This document shows, piece by piece, positions 1 through 7,916 of a stretch of DNA of 64,000 nt. The stretch covers positions 2,253 through 66,252 of the forward strand of contig JAFCFZ010000004.1 in NCBI GenBank assembly GCA_017608385.1, written 5' to 3'. Below the pieces are notes generated by a model. That model did no database searches, was not told the origin of the DNA, and worked only from the letters and a program-made list of their open reading frames with translations. Both the position numbers and the translations under genes were made by a program. Origin of the DNA: Candidatus Parvarchaeota archaeon (GTDB lineage Archaea > Nanobdellota > Nanobdellia > B33-G15). The first letter of the stretch is position 1. The number at the start of each line of letters is the position of its first letter.

Positions 1-776
1 ATGGAGTTAATGATGCACCTGCCCTTAAAAGAGCAGATATAGGAATTGCAGTAGGTTCAGGAACAGATGTTACTAAACAAGCAGCAGATATGATCTTGGT
101 TGATGATAATTTTGCAACAATAATAACTGCTGTGGAAGAAGGAAGGAGTATTTTTGATAACATGAAAAAATTCATTAGATTTCTTTTATCAGCTAATTTT
201 GATGAGATTTTCATAGTAACTACTGCTTTTATATTTCGTATGCCTTCTCCATTCATTCCTTTACAACTATTATGGCTTAACATCCTCTCTGATGGTTTGC
301 CTGCTTTAGCTTTAGGAGCAGAACCAAAAGATCCACAAATAATGTTTTCTAAACCAAGAAATCCAAAAGAGAATATCATAAAATCTATTTTAGGTTATAG
401 TATTTTTGCAGGAATAGTGGGGTTCATAATATCTGCATTTCTGTTTTTCAATCTAACTCCTTTAGGTGACATAAGATATATGAGAACTATGATTTTTACA
501 GGAACAGTACTCTTTGAGATGTTTTTAGTGTTTTCAATAAGAACTGAAAAATATTTTTGGCAGATTCCAATTAATAAATACCTTGTTTTAGCAGTTATAT
601 CTTCTATATTCCTCCAATTATTAGCCATATATCTCCCATTCTTCCAAGTAATTCTTGAAACAGTACCTCTATCTGTTAATGACTGGATTTTATTAATTGC
701 TGCTTGTAGTTCTGGTTTTTGTGTAATAGAATTGTTTAAAGGCGTTCATCAAAAAATAATTAAAGCGAATAATTAA
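1..776 (+). CDS. P-type cation-transporting ATPase, C-terminal part (5' end lies outside the window; reading frame begins at nt 3)
   Basis: From nt 3 the translation reads [37 protein letters not shown], the P-type ATPase hinge motif. C-terminal TM helices follow, in the same frame as the 90..776 ORF. Confidence 0.85.
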   Translation, partial: GVNDAPALKRADIGIAVGSGTDVTKQAADMILVDDNFATIITAVEEGRSIFDNMKKFIRFLLSANFDEIFIVTTAFIFRMPSPFIPLQLLWLNILSDGLPALALGAEPKDPQIMFSKPRNPKENIIKSILGYSIFAGIVGFIISAFLFFNLTPLGDIRYMRTMIFTGTVLFEMFLVFSIRTEKYFWQIPINKYLVLAVISSIFLQLLAIYLPFFQVILETVPLSVNDWILLIAACSSGFCVIELFKGVHQKIIKANN

Positions 777-785
777 GATTTATTT

Positions 786-1814
786 ATGTTTCAACTAGCA
801 TTAGAAGAAATAATTAGTAAAATAAAAGAAACTTCAGGATTATCTGAGGAAAGAATAAATTCAATGATAGATGAGAAGGTTTCTGAATTAAATGATATGG
901 TTTCAAAAGAAGGAGCCGCGCATATAATTGCAAATCAATTAGGGGTTCAACTATTAAAAACAGCAGAGAGAAAAGAATTACAATTAAAAAATCTTTTACC
1001 GGGATTAAGAAATGTGACTGTTTTTGGAAGAATTATAAGAGTTTTTGACCCTGTTGAGTGGACCAAAGAAGATAGATCGGGTAAGGTAGGATCTATTCTT
1101 ATTTCAGATGGTACCGGAACATCTAGAGTTGTTTTTTGGGATAAGAGAGTCGAGATGTTGAATAAAGACATCAAGGAAGGAGATATAATCAGAGTTTCTT
1201 CAGCATATGTAAAAAAAGGGAATTATGGCCCTGAGATTCATATGAGAGATAAGAGTAATTTAGAAATTAATCCAGAGGGAGTAGACGTACCACCTCTTTC
1301 AAGTTTGAAAGATTTTTCTGAGAGAACCAATATTTCAGACATACAAGAAGGCATGCAAGTTAGCATTAGAGGAGCCGTTGTTGATTTTATTCCAAGAAAT
1401 CCTTTTTTTGAAATATGCCCTGAATGTAATAAAAGAGCAAATGAACAAGATGGAAAGTTCTTTTGTGAAGAACATGGTGAAGTAAAACCAGACCTTTCTA
1501 TGGTTATCAATGTTATTTTTGATGATGGAACAGGAAATATCAGAGGAGTTCTTTTTGGAAAGAGAGCAGAGACCCTATTAGACATTGAAATCAAGAAACT
1601 TCATTCTTTAGGTGAGAAAACAGATAATATACAAGCAGTGAAAGAGCAATTTTCAAAAGTTCTAGGAAAAGAATTTGTTGTTTCAGGGAGAACAAGAACA
1701 AACACATTTACAAATTACTTAGAAGTGTTGATTAATGATATCTCACCAGTTAGTCCTGTAAAAGAAGCAAAGAAGATAATCAAAGAAATAGAAGAAGAAA
1801 CATTTAACCCTTGA
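786..1814 (+). CDS. rpa: Replication protein A (archaeal ssDNA-binding protein with OB folds and a C4 zinc ribbon)
   Basis: Two OB-fold-like segments (VFGRIIRV...SDGTG..RVVFWD) and zinc ribbon CPECNKR...FFCEEHG. The architecture is typical of archaeal RPA. Confidence 0.7.
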   Translation: MFQLALEEIISKIKETSGLSEERINSMIDEKVSELNDMVSKEGAAHIIANQLGVQLLKTAERKELQLKNLLPGLRNVTVFGRIIRVFDPVEWTKEDRSGKVGSILISDGTGTSRVVFWDKRVEMLNKDIKEGDIIRVSSAYVKKGNYGPEIHMRDKSNLEINPEGVDVPPLSSLKDFSERTNISDIQEGMQVSIRGAVVDFIPRNPFFEICPECNKRANEQDGKFFCEEHGEVKPDLSMVINVIFDDGTGNIRGVLFGKRAETLLDIEIKKLHSLGEKTDNIQAVKEQFSKVLGKEFVVSGRTRTNTFTNYLEVLINDISPVSPVKEAKKIIKEIEEETFNP

Positions 1815-2196
1815 CTTGTTTCATCTGCTTTGTCCCCATAATATCCCAATAAAGAATTTGAGAACCTTCTTTTATTTTTGATTTTAGTTCTTCTGGAATA
1901 GATATATCAAATGTTTCATAGGACTTGAGATCCATAACTTGAGAAGAATCTCCAGATATAGAGATAACTTGAGCATCACTTTTTTCGATTAGTGGAACTT
2001 CTACTTTTGCATCTGCAGGTTTTATCATCTCCCTTCTTCTTTTATCAAGAGCCCCTGCTGCAGAAAGTCTTACTTTTGCATGTCCATGTTTTCCTGTTTT
2101 TGAGGTTTTAGTATCTGTAACCTTACAAACAACACCATCAATAATAATAAAATTACCCAGTTTTAATGAACCAATTTCAGTTAATTTACTACTCAT
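1804..2196 (-). CDS. eif5a: Translation initiation factor 5A (aIF5A); start probably at the MSSK Met, 4 codons inside the 1804..2208 ORF
   Basis: Hypusine-site motif TSKTGKHGHAK. The N-terminus MSSKLTEIGSLKLGNFIIIDG matches aIF5A. Confidence 0.9.
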   Translation of the reverse strand: MSSKLTEIGSLKLGNFIIIDGVVCKVTDTKTSKTGKHGHAKVRLSAAGALDKRRREMIKPADAKVEVPLIEKSDAQVISISGDSSQVMDLKSYETFDISIPEELKSKIKEGSQILYWDIMGTKQMKQVKG

Positions 2197-2228
2197 AAAA
2201 ATCTCCACCTCTTACTCCTTTAAAACAT

Positions 2229-3290
2229 TTATGTATCATATCTCAGGAGACCACCATAGCCCCCCATTTCATGAAACTGTTTTCCTTCCATTGTTTCTTC
2301 TGAAATAAATATCATTTTTGTGCCCGATTTTGTTGCCATTTCCTCTAATTCTTCATCTCCGTCTTCTTTCAAAAGTAATATTTCAACAGCACCAGCTTCT
2401 AAATCAGCTTTTACTTGGTCTTTTCCATAGCTTATTTTCTCATTTTTTCCTAGTTGTGAGAAGAATTTAGTTACATATTCTTTTTCTTCAGCAATACTTT
2501 CTTCTTTTAATACATCTAAACTCTTGTCAACTAATTCTTTTAATCCAAAATCACCAGTATAACCCACATCTTTGACAGCAATTATTTTCTCTTGAATTTT
2601 TTTAGGCAAAAATTCTTTGAAAGTTTCTTTGGTAGGACCAGGACCACCCAAAATAATTCCATCAAATTCTTTGATCCCAAATAATTCATCAACTGTTTGA
2701 GCATTTTCTCTATACCAAGACTTAGCCATGTTTTCTCTTACCCTACTAAATCTCGCAGAACTTTGACCACCTGCTCTTATCTTTCCTGGAACTATTGAAT
2801 CTTCATTTTTGATGGTGGTGATGTTCTTTCCCTTTAACATGCCAATTGTGATGTTTTTGTTGTCTACTACAACTAAGCCATACTTTCTTTTTGCTTCTAT
2901 CATATTTTTTAATGGTTCCAATAAAAATTCTTGTTCACATCTATACATTTTGACATTTAATGGCTCAGGAGGTTCTATCATCCATATTCCTATATCTTGT
3001 GAGCCTTCTTTTTCAGAAACATTTCCTGAGAATATAGCAAGACCATGTGGAGGGATCTTTTTATAGAATTTGAATTCCTGACTTATTTTATCAAGTGCAG
3101 AAATTACATTTTGTCTTGTAGATTTTGATCTAATGTTTTTTGCTGTTCCTCTTTCTTGAGATACTAGAGTTTTAATATAATTAATATCATATCCAGCAGG
3201 AACATAGATAGTAACAAGTTCGGTATGCCTACCTCTAACCTTTCCAATTCTCTTTAATAGCTTTTTTAGCTTTCTTTTAGCTTCTTCCAT
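2229..3290 (-). CDS. prf1: Peptide chain release factor aRF1
   Basis: GGQ motif (KIRAGGQSSARFSR), NIKS-like motif TAKNIRSKSTR, and eRF1 N-domain similarity at the N-terminus. It is compact (353 aa). Confidence 0.9.
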   Translation of the reverse strand: MEEAKRKLKKLLKRIGKVRGRHTELVTIYVPAGYDINYIKTLVSQERGTAKNIRSKSTRQNVISALDKISQEFKFYKKIPPHGLAIFSGNVSEKEGSQDIGIWMIEPPEPLNVKMYRCEQEFLLEPLKNMIEAKRKYGLVVVDNKNITIGMLKGKNITTIKNEDSIVPGKIRAGGQSSARFSRVRENMAKSWYRENAQTVDELFGIKEFDGIILGGPGPTKETFKEFLPKKIQEKIIAVKDVGYTGDFGLKELVDKSLDVLKEESIAEEKEYVTKFFSQLGKNEKISYGKDQVKADLEAGAVEILLLKEDGDEELEEMATKSGTKMIFISEETMEGKQFHEMGGYGGLLRYDT

Positions 3291-3308
3291 AAATAATCAA
3301 TCCAAAGC

Positions 3309-4094
3309 TTATGTTTTAAATTTTCTTCCAAAAAGAGAAGTTTGTTCAAGAACATCTTCTAATAAAATCTTCATACCATCCTCAGCGGATCTGCAAGGAA
3401 CTTTAGTTTCAAGAGAAATTCTTCTTGCTTGATTTAAAGGGCCAACTCTTAACATTTTTAGTCCAAAGTGAGTTATTATTACAGATTTTGGCTTTTCTTT
3501 AATTTCATCAAGGATTTTTATGACTTCGTTTGTTGTTAGATGATTTTTCCAATAAGCATTGTTTGGTCTAAGAACATTAATTATGAGTAAATCCACTCCT
3601 TCAAATTGTTTTGACAGAGTTTTGAAGTATCCTGTGTCTCCCATATAACCTATTTTCTTTCCTTCTGTTTCAATAATAAATCCAATACTCTTGTCTCCAT
3701 GGATTGTTTTTGTCCCGGTTATCTTTAAATCACTTAATTCAATCTCCTTTTTTGGAATGATTTCAATTATTTCATTGTAAAATTTTTTGTAAAATTCATT
3801 GATTACTTTATTATCCCCAATTAAACACTCTTTTATAGAAATTAATACTGCTTCATTTACTGCTTCAGAAATACCTTCCATATCTCCAGAATGATCTGTG
3901 TGATAATGAGATAATAAAACAACATTTGTTCTTCTTGGGTCTTGTCTGAGCATCTTCATTTTTAATAAAGCTCCTGGACCTGGATCTATGTGTATTTGAT
4001 GATTGTCTGTTTTGATCAAAATTCCGCCGGTAGATCTGGCCTGTGTGGCTAAAACCATTCTTCCACCTCCAGATCCCAAAAAGACAATTTCCAT
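3309..4094 (-). CDS. Metallo-beta-lactamase fold hydrolase
   Basis: N-terminus MEIVFLGSGGG and HxHxDH motif (LLSHYHTDHSGD). Confidence 0.7.
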   Translation of the reverse strand: MEIVFLGSGGGRMVLATQARSTGGILIKTDNHQIHIDPGPGALLKMKMLRQDPRRTNVVLLSHYHTDHSGDMEGISEAVNEAVLISIKECLIGDNKVINEFYKKFYNEIIEIIPKKEIELSDLKITGTKTIHGDKSIGFIIETEGKKIGYMGDTGYFKTLSKQFEGVDLLIINVLRPNNAYWKNHLTTNEVIKILDEIKEKPKSVIITHFGLKMLRVGPLNQARRISLETKVPCRSAEDGMKILLEDVLEQTSLFGRKFKT

Positions 4095-4133
4095 GAAAAA
4101 AGAACAATATTATAGATTAATAAACCATATGAA

Positions 4134-4146
4134 ACTTTTTTAAAAC
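4134..4146 (+). promoter_or_regulatory. Putative archaeal TATA box (cttttttaaaac) for tRNA-Ile, centred about 30 nt upstream of the tRNA 5' end
   Basis: AT-rich TATA-like element at about -30. This is a positional inference only. Confidence 0.35.
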
Positions 4147-4169
4147 AACGAATCATGGATTTTTTTTAA

Positions 4170-4243
4170 GGACCCGTGGCCTAGTCAGGTGGGGCGCTCG
4201 GCTGATAACCGAGAGGTCTTGGGTTCAAATCCCAGCGGGTCCA
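4170..4243 (+). tRNA. tRNA-Ile (anticodon GAU)
   Basis: Hand-folded cloverleaf. Acceptor GGACCCG/CGGGTCC, anticodon stem CTCGG/CCGAG with loop CTGATAA giving GAT, T-arm TGGGTTCAAATCCCA, discriminator A, no encoded CCA. Total 74 nt. Confidence 0.9.
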
Positions 4244-4264
4244 TTAATGAAAAGAGACTAATTA

Positions 4265-4750
4265 ATGAAAAGAAACTATATATTTAAGGCACAAATAGAA
4301 ATTGCAAAAAAAGAGATTATGAAAGAGTTATCTCATAGAAGAAGAGAGGTTCCTTTCTTAGTTTGGTTCTTTTCAATAATAGGTTTTTATGGAGCAAGAT
4401 TATTTGTTTTAATTTTCCCAGAGGTTAATTTAATAATTTCAGAGTTCCATATACATCACTTTTACTATGGTGTTATTTTGATTGTATTAGCAGGAGCTTT
4501 AGCCTTAACATTCAAAGGAATAAGATTAGCAAGGAGTTCTGCAATACTTTATGGTCTTGGTTTGGGAATTACTTTTGATGAGATAGGTCTTTTTCTTACA
4601 GAAGGGAATTATTGGGCAGATATAACATATGTTATTTTTTACACATTTTTAGCATTAAGTCTTGTTTTGTTCTTTTTATGGGATTTTGGAACCTCCAGTT
4701 ATGGTAAAAATTTAAGAAAGAAAATGAGAAAATACATTTCTAAAAATTAA
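4265..4750 (+). CDS. Hypothetical membrane protein (about 4 TM)
   Basis: ORF with hydrophobic helices; no recognizable motif. Confidence 0.4.
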   Translation: MKRNYIFKAQIEIAKKEIMKELSHRRREVPFLVWFFSIIGFYGARLFVLIFPEVNLIISEFHIHHFYYGVILIVLAGALALTFKGIRLARSSAILYGLGLGITFDEIGLFLTEGNYWADITYVIFYTFLALSLVLFFLWDFGTSSYGKNLRKKMRKYISKN

Positions 4751-5127
4751 GGGTTAATAAACCGCATATGAAATCTTGAGATCTCATTACTAACTAATTC
4801 TCTGAATTTTTGAGATTTTTCATTTTCATAGATCTTTATTTCATTTGGTTTTATGATATAACCTTGATTTTCTGTAACAACATATATCAAGAAACCTCCC
4901 TGTTTTGAAATACCTTGAATCTTTTCTAAATCTTGATGGGAAAGTCCTTCTCCCTTTAGAAAAATACAAAAACCTCCGTCTCTAGCAAGACCAAAAGTAT
5001 ATGGTTTTATTCTCATACCTTCAGCCTTGATGAAGATCTCTCTCATTCCTTTAGAAATCATATTTCTTTTTTTGTTAAAATCATTGATTAAAGCAGAATT
5101 ATCTGATTTTTGAGCCATTTTTAGCAT
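4747..5127 (-). CDS. Hypothetical protein
   Basis: ORF only. It overlaps the 5' end of the downstream tRNA-binding ORF, so the true start may be an internal Met. Confidence 0.3.
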   Translation of the reverse strand: MLKMAQKSDNSALINDFNKKRNMISKGMREIFIKAEGMRIKPYTFGLARDGGFCIFLKGEGLSHQDLEKIQGISKQGGFLIYVVTENQGYIIKPNEIKIYENEKSQKFRELVSNEISRFHMRFINP

Positions 5128-5413
5128 CCTCCATTGTTGTCAATAAGATCATGTCATCCGTTGCTAATAACATGCCATGGCTTTCAATACCTCTAATTTT
5201 CTTTGGTTCAAGATTGGCCACAATTATTATTTTTTTACCTTTTAAATCCTTGCAAGAATATTTTTCAGCAAGCCCAGTTAAAATAACCCTTTTTCCTTTT
5301 TCTCCCAAATCTAGTTCAAGTTTGAGTAGTTTTTCAGTGTTGGGAACTTTTTCACATAAAATTACTTCAGCTGTTCTAAGGTCAACATTTTGAAAGTCTT
5401 CGAATTTTATCAT
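5099..5413 (-). CDS. Stand-alone tRNA-binding domain protein (Trbp111/CsaA/EMAP-like, equivalent to the MetRS C-terminal domain)
   Basis: MIKFEDFQNVDLRTAEVILCEKV...KIRGIESHGMLLA matches the OB-fold tRNA-binding domain. The ATG overlaps the metG stop (ATGA). Confidence 0.75.
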   Translation of the reverse strand: MIKFEDFQNVDLRTAEVILCEKVPNTEKLLKLELDLGEKGKRVILTGLAEKYSCKDLKGKKIIIVANLEPKKIRGIESHGMLLATDDMILLTTMEDAKNGSKIR

Positions 5414-7047
5414 TTTTCACCAAATATCTTTTCCAGAGGTGTTGGATTAGTAACGATTTTTTTAATCTTATTTAATTCCTCTCTTTTTATTTTTGGAAAC
5501 AATAGATCTATTGCTTTTATCTTTTTCCCACCTAACTTTTTATTGATTTGTTCCCATTCTATTTCAAAACTAAAAGCATTTGCAACCTTTTGACATGATT
5601 CTGGAATGAATGGAGATAACATGATTGTGATGTTCTTGATTAGATTAGAACAAACCCATAAAACAGTTTCAACATTTTTTCCACCTTCCCATGGTTTGTT
5701 ATGTTGAAAATATTGATTTGCTTTATCAGATAGTAAGAGAATCTTTTTCAAGGCCTCTCTTAGCTTAATTTCATCCACCAGTTTTTTTATTTCCTCACTT
5801 GTTTTTACCGAACTCTCTATTAATTCCAAATCCTTTTTTGAAGGAGAACCTTTCTTTAATTTTCCACCTCTTTTATCGATAAAGGTAATAATTCTATTGA
5901 TTAGGTTTCCATAATTTCCTAACAATTCCTTGTTTGTTTTTTCCACAAATTCATCCCATTTCCAATCAGTATCCTTTCCTTCAGGTAAAAGAAACGATAA
6001 ATAAAATCTCCAAACATCAGAGGGAATGCCGGTTTCTGCTAATTTTTCACAGAAAATACCCCATTTGTTCGATTTGCTTATTTTTTTACCTTCATAATTT
6101 AAGAATTGGAGACCAGCTACTTTGTAAGGTAGAGTAAATTCTCCATTTGCTAATAACATCCCTCCCCACCACACTGTATGGAAAGGTATATTGTCTTTTC
6201 CAAGGAAATGAACTATTTTTGAGTCTTTTTTTTTCCAAAATGAGGTCCAGTCCTTTCGTAATTCTTTAGTTCCTGAGATATAACCTATTGGAGCATCAAA
6301 CCAGACGTAAAACACCTTATCTTCCCAACCTTTTAGAGGAACTTTTACTCCCCATTCTAAGTCTCTAGTGATGCTTCTTGGTTTCAATCCTCTTTTTAGC
6401 CAACTTAATGCAAGATTTTTTGTCCCAACATTCCAATCTGCTTTTTCTACCCATTTTTTTATTTTTGGAGATAATTTATCTAATTCTAAGAATAAATGTT
6501 TAAATTTTTTGAAAGAAGGAGATTCTCCACAAATTGCACATTTAGGGTTTATCAATTTGTCAGCATCTAATAATTCAGTACATTTTTCACATTGGTCTCC
6601 TCTAGCTCGCTCGTATTTACATTTAGGACATGATCCTTCAATATACCTATCTGGTAAAACTCTTTCACAAGAATTACAATAAGGAAGCCTTACTGTTTTT
6701 TCCTGTATGTATTTGTTTTTCCATATTTTCTTGAAGAAATCTTGAGTTGTTTTGTGATGGATTTCTCTACTTGTTCTCGAGAAATTATCGTAACTAATTT
6801 GGAGCCAGTCATAGATGTTTTTGTGGATAACATAAAAGGTATCACATAATCTTTCAGGAGAAACCCCTAGTTTTTTTGCTTGAACTTCAGAAGGAGTCCC
6901 ATGTTCATCAGTACCCCCTATGAAAATACACTCATTTCCAAATAATCTTTGGAATCTTGAATAAATATCTGCAGGTAAATGTGAACCTACGATGTTCCCT
7001 ACATGAGGAACCTCATTTACATATGGTAGTGCTGATGTTACAATAAT
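5410..7047 (-). CDS. metG: Methionyl-tRNA synthetase (class I). The true N-terminus extends about 490 nt upstream of the ORF-track start at 6555
   Basis: The in-frame minus-strand translation of 6556..7059 reads KIIVTSALPYVNEVPHVGNIVGSHLPADIYSRFQRLFGNECIFIGGTDEHGTP, the PHxGN variant of the HIGH motif as in eukaryotic/archaeal MetRS. A zinc knuckle follows (CNSCERV...CPKCKYERARGDQCEKCTELL). It is contiguous with the track ORF, which itself begins at a TTG. The in-frame stop is at 7060-7062. Confidence 0.85.
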   Translation of the reverse strand: MIVTSALPYVNEVPHVGNIVGSHLPADIYSRFQRLFGNECIFIGGTDEHGTPSEVQAKKLGVSPERLCDTFYVIHKNIYDWLQISYDNFSRTSREIHHKTTQDFFKKIWKNKYIQEKTVRLPYCNSCERVLPDRYIEGSCPKCKYERARGDQCEKCTELLDADKLINPKCAICGESPSFKKFKHLFLELDKLSPKIKKWVEKADWNVGTKNLALSWLKRGLKPRSITRDLEWGVKVPLKGWEDKVFYVWFDAPIGYISGTKELRKDWTSFWKKKDSKIVHFLGKDNIPFHTVWWGGMLLANGEFTLPYKVAGLQFLNYEGKKISKSNKWGIFCEKLAETGIPSDVWRFYLSFLLPEGKDTDWKWDEFVEKTNKELLGNYGNLINRIITFIDKRGGKLKKGSPSKKDLELIESSVKTSEEIKKLVDEIKLREALKKILLLSDKANQYFQHNKPWEGGKNVETVLWVCSNLIKNITIMLSPFIPESCQKVANAFSFEIEWEQINKKLGGKKIKAIDLLFPKIKREELNKIKKIVTNPTPLEKIFGEK

Positions 7048-7142
7048 TTTGAATTCAATTCACCTATCTCTTATGATTTGAAATGTATTTAAAAAAATTC
7101 CCAAAGTAAAGCTTTTTAAATAGTTCTAACAAAGAGTTCGTT

Positions 7143-7484
7143 ATGTTAGCAAATAATCCACCACATCAATTGTTGGCCACCATATTGGGAACCAGTATCT
7201 CTAAATTAACTGAAGAGAATGTGTCAGAATTTGAAAAAAGTCTCACACAAGAGGAAATAGGAAGTGACTCAATTAAGAGGTTTGGAGATTATAAAGGGTA
7301 TAAAATTTTGATGGTATGTAGCGAAGCTTCTTGTTCAGCAATTGGGGGCAGGGGAGGTTCAAATGAAGATAGAATATCATTTCATTATGATTCACAAAAA
7401 GATAAAATGATTTTTATTACAGACAAAAGAAAAATGAAATCAATACCTGGATTTAGCTGCTATGAATGTAACTTCAGAGTTTAA
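7143..7484 (+). CDS. Hypothetical small Cys-rich protein
   Basis: ORF with CSEASCS...CYEC cysteine pairs; no family recognised. Confidence 0.3.
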   Translation: MLANNPPHQLLATILGTSISKLTEENVSEFEKSLTQEEIGSDSIKRFGDYKGYKILMVCSEASCSAIGGRGGSNEDRISFHYDSQKDKMIFITDKRKMKSIPGFSCYECNFRV

Positions 7485-7537
7485 ATCAATTCAATATCTT
7501 TTTAAGAGCAATAAATATCGGACATTTTAAGTGATAA

Positions 7538-7915
7538 ATGATGATGGAAGATAAAAAAATTTCCAAGTTTAAAGAAGAACTAAAAAAAGTCATGGAAAAG
7601 ACCGTTGAAGACCCAGACATGATTCCTATTTTAGAAGAAATGAATGAGGGAGAAGTGAATTTAGAATCACTAAGTTTGACTTCAAAAATAACTGTTCTTG
7701 AACCCATACTTAAAAGAGTAGAAGTCAATAGATATCATGTTCAAGGGAATCTAGATAACTTATCATTCCATGTTTGTGGAAATTCAAATAAAGGAATTAT
7801 TTCAATAGCATCTACTATTGGACAAATTAGTAAAAAAGCGAGAATATCTTTGTTATATACTAATTTCCGTGGGGAGGGCATAGATTTTGAAGCATATGCT
7901 TTACCTTTTAAATAA
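7538..7915 (+). CDS. Hypothetical acidic protein
   Basis: ORF only. Confidence 0.3.
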   Translation: MMMEDKKISKFKEELKKVMEKTVEDPDMIPILEEMNEGEVNLESLSLTSKITVLEPILKRVEVNRYHVQGNLDNLSFHVCGNSNKGIISIASTIGQISKKARISLLYTNFRGEGIDFEAYALPFK

Positions 7916-7916
7916 A

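Noticed and set aside
395-628. Minus-strand 77-aa ORF inside the P-type ATPase gene. The same applies to similar antisense ORFs (947..1174, 1238..1594, 2809..3066, 3865..4107, 5151..5593, 5934..6137, 6368..6682, 7486..7728, 8569..8808, 10513..10740, 11867..12106, 12378..12802, 13155..13346, 13563..13778, 14180..14494, 14956..15141, 15314..15616, 16361..16555, 16609..16893, 17729..17920, 19285..19539, 19721..19915, 20403..20840, 21639..21875, 24310..24513, 24679..24945, 25450..25638, 25844..26035, 27428..27724, 28804..29005, 29178..29441, 29707..29910, 29928..30158, 30303..30485, 31796..32154, 32211..32438, 35679..35885, 36153..36575, 37837..38124, 38602..38898, 40053..40454, 42184..42384, 43130..43363, 44392..44589, 47297..47497, 47927..48328, 49457..49699, 50104..50301, 51614..51829, 52621..52824, 53836..54021, 55027..55287, 55384..55746, 58589..58837, 59011..59313, 59796..59993, 61354..61629, 61837..62058, 62579..62854)
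   Set aside because: Each lies fully within, or antisense to, a well-supported longer gene. They have low-complexity, AT-rich-frame compositions (F/I/L/S/K-rich) and no motifs, which is typical of spurious ORFs in low-GC genomes.
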